Notes under the pieces: model-generated | Told to the model about the DNA's origin: nothing | The model's input: the letters and a program-made list of their open reading frames with translations, nothing else | Database searches by the model: none | Position numbers and translations under genes: made by a program | Part shown: in pieces, positions 12,448 to 22,857 of the stretch | Position numbering within the stretch: position 1 is the stretch's first letter | Layout of the letters: the number at the start of each line of letters is the position of its first letter | Assembly (NCBI GenBank): GCA_002104945.1 | Contig: MCFH01000001.1 | Span: forward strand, 62,001-126,000 | Length of the DNA stretch: 64,000 nt | Origin: Piromyces finnis finn | Taxonomy: Eukaryota; Fungi; Neocallimastigomycota | Reading direction: 5' to 3'

Positions 12448-13299
12448 CGTATTTAATTAGTTTTAGTTTAGTTTTATTATTTTATTATTTAATTAAATTA
12501 GTATTAAATTAGTTTTGTTTATTTTATATTGAATATATGTATAATTAAATAGAATAGTATACTATATTATTAAAATATAATTTACAAAAAATATAAATAC
12601 ATGTAGAATTTCTTGATTAAAACAATGTAATTGTTATTGACTATAATTTAAGTTAATAACTAAAATAAATTAATAAAATGAGAATTTTAAATATATTTTG
12701 TTTTCGTTTTTTTTATTTTTTTATTTTATTTTGTTGTAGTTTTATTGTGAAATTTTATAATCTATTTTAAATTTTATAAAACTTTTACATAAAATAAATA
12801 ATTTTTATACTTGTTCATTTGCAAGCATTAGTTAATTTTTAAAATATAAAGTTTATTATGTTTAATTATAAAATTATAATATTATTTAATAACTCTCGTA
12901 TTATTAAATAATTAAGAATTAATACATATTGTATGTATAATAGAAGTTATAAAAAATATTGTTTTATTAAAATAAATATCTAATTTTTCTCTCTTGGATA
13001 ATTAGTAACCAATTTTAATATATAATTATAATCATTTGATTTTATTTATTTAATTGTATTCATATGAATTACATTTTACTTATATTTATAAATAACATAG
13101 ATATTATATAACTTTATATATTATATATACATATTAATAATAATTATTGTATTCATAATTAATATATATATATATACATTTAATTTTGTTTTTAATATTT
13201 ATTATTATAAATAGATATTATAAATAGATAAATTTCTAATTAAATAATAACAAGTATATTGAAATTATTATTAAATTTTTAATGATAATATTCTATCAT

Positions 13300-13995
13300 T
13301 AAAAACCTTAATATATTGTTCACTGATTTCATGGCTTTTGTTATTATTAGTTATTCTTTTAAATAACTTTTAATAAGCCTCTGATTTTCATTGTATCCAT
13401 ATGGGAAATCTCTATTGATTATAAGTAAGTACTGTTACTGTTATCATTATAATCATAATTGCTAGTAATATTTTCTTTTCTGTAATTAGTTGATTGATTA
13501 AGTTTCGTTTGGTAGTATTTTTCATAAATTTCATATTGTTCCTTAAATTCTTTTTTTTTTGGATATTTTCATGCTGTTTATTATTATGTTTAATTTATTT
13601 TTAAGGTTGCATTCGATATATTTCTGTATTTTTCAGATTTGGGGTTCTAAAACAACTTCTAGAGTTTTCGAATTAAATTGTATTTTAAATAATTCTTTCA
13701 TTTTCTTATTAGATTTAAAAGGATCACTATATTCTTGTTTTATGCTGTTTTTAGGTATTTTGACTTGGTAATAAACTTCTTGAACTTTTGCATTTAGTTT
13801 GAGTTCGTTAAGATAAGATCGTCATTGTTTGTAACTACTAAGGCATTGAATTCTTGTTGAATTTTCTCATACTTTGTCGTTAGATTGTTATAATCCTTTT
13901 CCAAACAATTTAATTTATTAATTTTGAACTATTAGGATTTTCCTTTTCATTCTCCAAATTTTCAATGATGTTGTTTAACTTAATTTGATGTTCAT
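13300..13995 (-). pseudogene. Degraded coding relic of unknown origin
   Basis: The minus strand gives protein-like stretches (LENEKENP..., KDYNNLTTKYEKIQQEFNAL..., KEQYEIYEKYYQTK) broken by frameshifts and stops. No diagnostic motif. Confidence 0.35.
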
Positions 13996-14449
13996 TATGT
14001 GATTAATATGTGATAATAAATTAAATAGTTTAATACAAATAATTTCTTTTAATAAATGTATAAATGTAAACAATGTAAAATTATAATATTAAAACATGTA
14101 TATTTAGATTATTTATTATAAAATAAATCTAATTTTGTAATAATTATTATATATTTATAATAATTATTATCTACTATGTAATAATACAATATGTAATATG
14201 TATTATTAAATTGAGAAGTTTCTTAAAAGTAAATAAAATGAATTTAACTTAAAGAGTTTATTATAAGTGAATTATAATATACAACACAAAATATTAAGAA
14301 TATTTTTAGTTTAAATATTTTTATAAATATAGTTTTTGAAAGGGTTATTTATTATAATTGTCTTAAAATAATAACTCTGGATTCTTTAGTGGTATTCCAG
14401 AGTTCTTATATTTATAATTTTTTAATAATTTAAAGTTTAATAAAGAATT

Positions 14450-14587
14450 TCTAATCTTAACAAACAATCTTTTTAGGAAAAGACTAGAAGAAAAACCTAA
14501 AAAGATATTCGATTGATAACTAATATATCAATCATCGTAATATTAAGTAAAACCGAAATATATTTCGGAAAAACCTTAATATCCGAT
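14450..14587 (-). ncRNA. Structured cis-RNA module, copy 1: ENE-like hairpin, short hairpin and H-type pseudoknot
   Basis: Minus strand: ATATTAAG-G-UUUUU-CCGAAA-tata-TTTCGG-UUUU-A-CTTAATAT. Plus-strand pairings are TCTTTTTAGG/CCTAAAAAGA and TCTAATCTT/AAGACTAGA, interleaved. Confidence 0.7.
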
Positions 14588-14855
14588 TTTCCTAATAACT
14601 TTCTAATTGTTTCTTAAATTTCTTTTAAAATAAAATGTAAAATAAAATGCGCAACAATTACATACATATAAAATTAATAAAAAATGAAATATATAATGTT
14701 TCCTTAAAATGTACAAATAAATGTAATTAAAAATTATTACTTAACAGATATAAATGAATATTTACTATTATTTTAAATAAATTACTAAATTAAATAAATA
14801 AATAATTAGTATAATAATTAAATAAATTTTTTAAAATTAAATAAATGAATAATAC

Positions 14856-14942
14856 AAAATTCCAATGTTTTTAAAAGAAACTTAATATTTTATTATAATC
14901 TTCCACAATTCATTAAGTTTCTTTTAAAAACATTGGAATTTT
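14856..14942. repeat. Perfect 31-bp inverted repeat with a 25-nt spacer
   Basis: AAAATTCCAATGTTTTTAAAAGAAACTTAAT (14856-14886) and its exact reverse complement (14912-14942). Confidence 0.9.
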
Positions 14943-15410
14943 CTAATTTATTATTTTCATTAACTGAATTGTTCTTCTTTCTTGGTTCTTTTTATTTTGA
15001 TTTTATTCTTTATAAAATTCAGATAAATTAAGAACAGATCAAATATTGAAATTAAATTGTATGATATAATAATAAAATAATAATTTATTCAAAACTATTT
15101 GCGCACTAGCACATGAAAATTGTTAGAATATCTTAGAATAAATTAAATATGTGTTAAAATAATTTTATTTTCTGTTTAAAATAATTAATAATGTATTAGT
15201 AAATGTATTAATAATAATTAGTAGTGTATTAGTAATTCACATGTTCTAAGAACATTTATTAGCAATAGTTTTTAGTTTTATAACTAGCCACATTTTATAG
15301 TATAAATTTATTCAATTTCTCATTAATTAATTCTTTGTAATTACCATAATCTATTAATATTAATAATAAAATTAAACTATATTTTTAATAAAATATTTTA
15401 ACTAATAAAA

Positions 15411-15424
15411 GATTAAGAGTCTCA
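15411..15424 (+). promoter_or_regulatory. PBS of copia-1, complementary to the tRNA-Lys(CUU) anticodon arm
   Basis: GATTAAGAGTCTCA abuts the LTR. Its reverse complement TGAGACTCTTAATC is the anticodon stem-loop of eukaryotic tRNA-Lys-CTT. Confidence 0.8.
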
Positions 15425-15640
15425 ATTCTTCTTTATTTACGACATGTCTCAAGAATTAAAACTCCAACCTGAAGAACGTCTTAACAAAGATAATTTTGAA
15501 GAATGGAATTCCTTATCAACAACATTCTCAAATCCAAGAAAATCTTAAGCTATGTTAAAACTAATAAAATTGAAGAACTTAAGAAAAAGCTTGAAACTTA
15601 AAAAGGGAATACCATCCAAAACAAACAGGCTATAAAAGAA

Positions 15641-18600
15641 ATGGAAGAAGAGATCGATGAAGCAGAAGCAATGGATGCACTAGCTTGCACGATCATTAGC
15701 ACCAATGTTTCAAAGGAAGTGCTAGATTATATCAAGAGATTATCATCAGCTTATGATATTATGAAAAAGCTGAAATCTATGTATGGCAAAAAGAAATCTG
15801 CTGATATTCAATATTGGATGAAGAAGATGTGCTCTTTAAAGGCTACGGATCTTTCCGAATGCAAAGATGTAATTAATCAAATTAAAGAGATTTTTGATAT
15901 TATTTCAAGAAGTAATGCAAATCTTGGAGATTGGGAAAAGATTAGAGTTTTATACTTATCATTCCCTAAAACCCTCAGAAACTATATTCATCCTGATGGT
16001 ACTGAAACTGTCGAAGATTTTCTGAACCAAGCAATAAATAAAATAAACTTTCTCATTTATCTTAACAGCAGTATTGATTATAACAGAAGTATCAATGCAA
16101 ATGATGATCTAATGGACAGCGACTTCATTAATAGAAGCGAGAAGGATATTTCTTATATATCTAAAAATAAGAATAAAAATTATAAACCAAAATTTTGCCA
16201 TATATGCGAAGTTAATGGTCATTCTAATAAAGAATGTAAATATAATCAACTAACTAATATAAATAAAGAAAATAAAAATAAGATAACTGAAAATAATAAT
16301 AATAATAACAAAAGGAAGTTTGATAAAAATAACAAAAAGAAAAATAGTAAATATAGATATAAATCTATTTCAAATATGGAATATAATGATCAGTATTCTG
16401 ACACCGAACTCTCTTTTGATGAACTAAAAACAATGTATGATCATGAAGCTAATAGTATTGAAATAATTGAAGATAACACTCACACTGATAATAATGAATA
16501 TCAAGATCAATTAATTTTAAATATAAATAAAAATGAATATGATAATAAGACTATATGGACATTTGATACTGGTGCATCAGAGCACATCACCAACAATAAA
16601 GAAATACTTACTAATTTTCGAGAAGAAAAAATAACATTAAAATGTGCAAATAACTCATTATGTGAATTCAGTGGTATTGATAAAGGCTGTATAAACGGAT
16701 ATAATATAATACTTGAAAACGTCTTATACTCAAAACAAGTTAGTAAAAATTTATTAAGTGGTATAAAGCTTTCACAAAATGGTATAATTTGTAATATGAA
16801 GCCAAAGAAAGAAAATGTATATCTTAACCTAAAAATAAAAAATGAAAAGAATAAAACTGTCAATATAGGAACATTTATGGCAGATAAAAATAATATCATA
16901 CGCATACCTATATATAATAAAATAAAAACTGATACTTACATTGACACAATATATTATGAAAATAAATTTAAACTTGATGAACATTCAACATTGACACAAT
17001 ATCTTATGAAAATAAATTTAAACTTAATGAACATTCAAGACTATTATGGCATAAAAGGCTTGGACACTTCTACCATGATAATTTAAACAGATACTTAAAA
17101 TTACACAATATTAAAGAAGCTGAATGTAATGACTGTAAAATAGCAAAATTAAACCGTAAACCCCATAACTCAGAAACTCCAAAAGCTACTGAAATTTTAG
17201 AAGTAATACATTCAGATGTAATTGGTCCAATCCAAAAATCATTTACTGGTAAAACATATGTATTAACCTTTATTGATGAATTTACTAGAAAAAGTTGGAT
17301 TTTTCTACTTGAAGGAAAGTCGGAAATTCCTAGGACAATTATTAACTTTTTTACATATTTAACAAATCAATTTAAGTATAAAATTAAAACATTTCATTCT
17401 GATCAGGGTACTGAATATAATAATAAGGAAATTCTTAATTACTGTAAAGAAAGTGGTATTATCAAAACTTTTTCTCCTCCATATAATCCTCAAAATAATG
17501 GAATTGCTGAACGTTTTAACTATACATTAATCAGTTGTACAAAATCTTTATTACAATCAAGTAAAATGGGGACTGAATTTTGGGATTATGCTATTAAGTA
17601 TGCTAATCTTTTATATAATATAACACCACATAAAGGTATTAAAAATAAAATTCCAAATGAAGTATTTTATAGTAAAAAGGTTGATCTTAAATATATTAAA
17701 GTTTTTGGATGTATAGCTTACTATAAAGATTTTTCTCAAGATAAAATAAAATTTAAAAGTAATGCAATTAAAGGAGTTTTTGTTGGATTTAATATGGAAT
17801 CTAATTGTTATATGATTTTAGACTTAAAAAATTATAATATTCACTTAGTAAGGGAAGTTATATTTGATGAAGAAACCCCTTCTAGTTTATCTGTCAACAA
17901 AAACAATGTAAAACTTCCAACTAACATTTTTAATAATGATAATTATATATTTGAATCCTCGATAATTAATACAAATGAAGAATCAAATAATAAGGATAAA
18001 TCAGGCATTATATACAATGAAATAAATGACACAAATAATAATAATGTGAATAATTCAAATATGTCTAATAATAATGAAGAAGATAAATTAAATAAAAATA
18101 CTGATAATATTATTAATGAAATTGCTTCAAGTTTTAAATCTCTTAGTGTTTCCAGTGATGACGATTACATTCAGTCATCAAATATATCAGATATTGATAA
18201 TTCAAATAATTCCACTATAAATAAAAATTTAACATCTAATAATGATATTAACAAAACAAATGATTTAGTATTTAATAACTCGAATATTAATCCTTTAAAA
18301 CATAAATTAAATAATACTAATTCTTTCAACAATAAAAAATTAAAATCCTCATTTAATGATTCAGTAAAACGACGTGGATGCATTTTATCTTCTAATTTTA
18401 ATAAAAAATTAAAACTCATTAGACTATATTGAACCATCTAATCAAAACCTTGCAACTGATACACCTTTATCTTTCAAACAAGCGATCAATTGTGAAGAAC
18501 GTGAATCTTGGCTCATTGCTATCAATTCAGAAATCAAAAATTTTTATGACAATAATATTATGACCTTTGTTAAAAAACTCCCTACTGGAAAATCAGCTAT

Positions 18601-19917
18601 TTCTACCAAATGGATTTTTACCATTAAAAGGGATCAATATGGTAATATTAATAAATATAAAGCTCGACTTGTTGCAAGAGGTTTTACCCAAAGAAAAGGT
18701 ATAGATTTTGAACTCACTTTTTCTCCTACTTTAAACATTGATAGTTTAAAGTTTATTATAGCTATAGCTGCAAAATCTAATTGGCCTATTATGCAACTTG
18801 ATATTAAAGCCGCTTATCTTAATGCACCACTTGACAAAGAAATATATGTTTCTATCCCTCCAGGAGACGTTAACTACGGACGTGGTTATTGGCTTCTTAA
18901 TAGAGCTCTCTATGGTCTCAAACAATCTGGTCGCCAATGGAATCTTTTATTTAGTAATTTCCTTAAAAATAACCAATTCAATCAATTAATTTCTGAACCG
19001 TGTATTTTTAAGAAAATGATGGGGGATAAATTAGTTTGCATTATAGGTGTTTATGTAGATGACTTATTAATAATAGTCCTGCTGAGTATATTCTAGGAAT
19101 AAGTATTGAACGCAACAATTTTAAATATTCTATTAATCAAATTCAATTCATTAAAGATATATTAGAAAAATTCAAAGTTAAAAATATCCGAAAAGCAAAG
19201 ACTCCATGTACTGATGATTATTCAACAAAATATGAAGAAGAAAATTTTGACAAAACAGTATATAAAAGCGCTGTCGGATCTTTAATCTATTTATCCAGAT
19301 GCACTAGACCTGACATAACATTCGCAGTCAATAAAGTAGCAAGGAATTCAGAACATCCAACTAAAGCTGACTGGAAAAAGGTATTAAATATATTAAAATA
19401 TTTAAATTATACTAAAAGTTATAAAATTGAATATAAAGGACAGGGGAAAATTGTAGCATATACTGATGCAGACTTTGGAGGTGACCCTAAAGATAGAAAA
19501 TCTACTTCCGGATACATAATTCTTATGAACAATGATCCTATCTGCTGGCAATCTAAAAAGCAATCTGTAGTTGCCACATCTACTGCCGAAGCTGAATATA
19601 TAGCAATGGCTGAATGTACTAAAAAAGTATTATGGATAAAGAATATTTTAAAAGAATTGTTCAATTACAAAAAACCAATTACAATTCATACAGATAATTT
19701 AGCAAGCAAAACTATCATTGAAAACGGGGAACTTAATAACAAATTAAAACATATAGAAATAAAATTCTTTTTCAATAAGGACAATATTAAAAATAAAAAA
19801 GTAAAGTTAGAATATATTAATTCAGAAAAAATGCTGGCCGACCCACTTACCAAAAATTTCAATGGACCGAAAATGACAAAATTTACAGACCAAATTTTTA
19901 ACAAGAAAACATTCTAG
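15641..19917 (+). pseudogene. copia-1 gag-pol, fragmented into ORFs 15641-17086, 17566-18432, 18560-19096 and 19525-19917
   Basis: Domains are colinear but interrupted by frameshifts, a stop near 15600, a duplication at about 16950-17040 and a deletion near 19080. Confidence 0.9.
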
Positions 19918-20269
19918 TCTGAGGGGGAATGTTAGAATATCTTAGAATAAATTAAATATGTGTTAAAATAATTTTATTTTCTGTTTAAAATAATTAATAA
20001 TGTATTAGTAAATGTATTAATAATAATTAGTAGTGTATTAGTAATTCACATGTTCTAAGAACATTTATTAGCAATAGTTTTTAGTTTTATAACTAGCCAC
20101 ATTTTATAGTATAAATTTATTCAATTTCTCATTAATTAATTCTTTGTAATTACCATAATCTATTAATATTAATAATAAAATTAAACTATATTTTTAATAA
20201 AATATTTTAACTAATAAAAAAAATACTAATATTTTTTAATTTTAAATTAATTTTTCACTTTTGAATGCT

Positions 20270-21072
20270 CGAAATTTCTTTCCTAACGTAACTAAGACTT
20301 TGAATCATTAACTTTTGGTCAACAATTCGGTGCTACTAGATAAAGAAGGAAGATCAGTAATAAAATCCATTGAAATAGAAGACCAAGGTCGATCGGCTAT
20401 TTCAAGAGGGTTAAGGAAACCGTAAGGTTTATGATGGGAATTTTTTGAACGGCAACAGGTTTCACAAGAGCGAACGTAGTTTTTAACATCGGTTGTAATT
20501 GATGGCCACCAAAAATCTCTAGAAATAAGAGAAATAGTTCTTTTAATGCCAAAGTGACCAGCGGAAGGAGAATCATGACAATGTTTAAGAATGGAGAGGC
20601 GGTATTTGGAAGGAACATAAATGCGATCAGCAAAAAGGAGAAAGCTATTAAAGAAAATTTGTCGATTTGGGGATGAGAGATTGGAGGCTTCCTACAATCG
20701 AGGTAATCACAAATTTTATTATAGAGTTCATCATTTTTGTATTCGGAGAAGAAAGAATCACTTATGGTAGACACTGAAGTTACAATAGCACAAAAATTTT
20801 CAGGACGAAAACATTGAAATGAATATCAGATGAAGGATTTGAATTAGCGACATAATCAGAACGACGGGAAAGAACGTCAGGTTTACCGTTAAAAGAGCCA
20901 GAACGGTAAATAATAACGAAGTTAAATTCAGAAAGAAATAAAGCCCATCTGACAAAACGTTGAGACATCTTTTCTGGTTTCTTATGGTAAAGGAGGTTCT
21001 TATGATCCGAGTATATTTTAAAAGTAGAAGAAGAACCTTTGAGAAGGTGACGCCAAGTTTTTAAGAGCTACA
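20270..21072 (-). pseudogene. Gypsy RNase H-integrase fragment related to family C
   Basis: SQRFVRWALFLSEFNFVIIYRSGS.NGKPDVLSRR and a downstream HHCC region, resembling the 22858-26265 ORF; frameshifted. Confidence 0.85.
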
Positions 21073-21085
21073 TTTTAACACTAAT

Positions 21086-21677
21086 TGTTAAAATGAGATA
21101 GTTATAAGGAAACTATTTATTAAAATAAAGAAAAATATACTTATCGAGTTTATTATAAGAGCCTACAATAAATAACACTCGGATTAGGTTTTAATATTTT
21201 TTATTATAAAGGTGATTTATTAGTATTAAAAGTGTATAAGTTTTTTTTATGTTAATTTATTATAAGAAATTATAATAATAACTCTTGATTTTCAAATGAA
21301 ACTAAAGAGGTCTTTTTATATAAAAATTTAAAGAATAAAAGAATTTTATATAAAAATTTAAAGAATAAAAGAAAGTTCTAATCTTAATAAATTTCTTTTC
21401 TAGAAAAAGATTAGATGAAAAAACTAGAAAAGTTTCGATTGATAATCTATTCTTATCAATCATCGTATTATTAGATAAAACCGAATGGATTCGGGAAAAT
21501 TCTAATAATCGATTTTTTCTAAATACAATAATTTACATTACATTTAAAATACATTATGCATTATAATAAAATTTAATAAAATTTAATAAAATATTAAAGG
21601 TTAAATAAAAAAGATAATAAATTAATTTTAATAAGAAATATTGATTATTTATTATAAAATAAATCTAATTTCTTACA
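21086..21677 (-). mobile_element. Family-F-like LTR remnant carrying copy 2 of the structured module
   Basis: Its terminus TCTAATTTCTTACA (21664-21677) and the nearby TAATAAGAAATAT match the F LTR terminus at 59635. The left boundary is uncertain. Confidence 0.6.
21377..21513 (-). ncRNA. Structured cis-RNA module, copy 2
   Basis: Minus strand: ATTATTAGA-A-UUUUC-CCGAAT-cc-ATTCGG-UUUU-A-TCTAATAAT. Pseudoknot pairings are TCTAATCTT/AAGATTAGA and CTTTTCTAG/CTAGAAAAG. Confidence 0.7.
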
Positions 21678-22857
21678 TGTAAGTATAAGAAACATAGATA
21701 AATTCTATATAATTTATCTATTTTCTTATTAATTAATACTTATTATAATATTTATTATTATTTATTATTTAATACATTATTTAATACATTGATTAAATGC
21801 ATTATTTTATTACATTAATTTAATTGTATCATTTTAACCAATCCATGTATAATGCATTAAATTAATATAAAAGAATAATCTTGATTTTCTTTTAAGAAAT
21901 TAAGAGTTATTATTATATAAATTTATTGATAAATAAAGTATTATTAAAAAGGAATATTTTGTTTAAAGTGTGTTTTTATATTTATGTGTTAATATAAATA
22001 TAAAATTGATTACCAGGGCCTTCGTGATCAATTTTAAAATAAAATAAAAAATTTGTTTTATTATTGTAACGCGATTCTATATAAAGAATTTATTAATGTA
22101 GGAATTAATAATATTTATATAGAAAAATAAATTTTGTATTCCCTATAAGTCAATGAATTTATTTATTTAAAATAATTTTTTATTATTATTAAATTTTTTA
22201 AAAATAAAGATTTAAATTTAAAAGTTAATAAAAACACAACTATTTAATTTTTGATTCACATCACTTCTATTTATACTTTTTCTAAATCTGATGTGGCTAA
22301 ATTAAAAATTAAATTTTCTTTCTAAATTATTCTTTAAATTAATTAAAAATTACATAAAATGAATCTCGTGATAAAAATACATAAAATATTTAATTTTTCG
22401 AATATTCGAACTTATTCTTTTTCGAATTAGTTCTATAAGTTTCTATGAGTCATAAATTAAATTTGTTAAATAAATAATTTAAAATAAATTTTGGATCAAG
22501 GTGTGAGTCGAACCCGAGTGATCCAGATTAATGTCTTAAATACTAACCATTAAGACAATATTAATTTTCTAATAGATTCGTTACATGGTCCTCCTCCAGG
22601 ATTCGGATACCAGACGAATCTTTGGGTTCATTTTATGTTTTATTAAATTAATTTTTTAGGCTATATAACTACTATAAACTTAAACTATACTAATTGAATT
22701 ACAATAAAAATAATTTTTTATATTATACATTTGATATTAAATACATGCTTAAAGTAAATTTAAAATTTAAGAGAATAATTTTTTTTTTTTTTTTTTTTTT
22801 TTAAGAATAAAATTAAAAATAAAATTAAAATAAATTAAAATAAAGTTTCCGTTGAAG

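Larger units (their letters stand above)
15121..20219 (+). mobile_element. Full-length but internally decayed Ty1/copia retrotransposon ('copia-1')
   Basis: 290-bp LTRs at 15121-15410 and 19930-20219; TSD AAAAT (15116-15120 / 20220-20224); PPT GAGGGGGAA. Gag Zn knuckle CHICEVNGHSNKEC, protease WTFDTGASEH, integrase, RT (YKARLVARGF, QLDIKAAYL, YVDD) and RNase H (ADPLTK), in copia order. Confidence 0.95.

Noticed and set aside
16507-16905. Many short ORFs in the track (e.g. 16507-16905, 35106-35456, 38985-39245, 52494-52778, 5891-6106)
   Set aside because: They are antisense or off-frame shadows of retrotransposon coding regions and have no domain motifs.
22586-22605. TGGTCCTCCTCCAGGATTCG after an LTR looks like a plus-strand tRNA PBS
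   Set aside because: The element's ORFs are on the minus strand, where this sequence is the polypurine tract (GGAGGAGGACCA) preceding the 3' LTR. Its spacing is also one base short for a tRNA 3' end.
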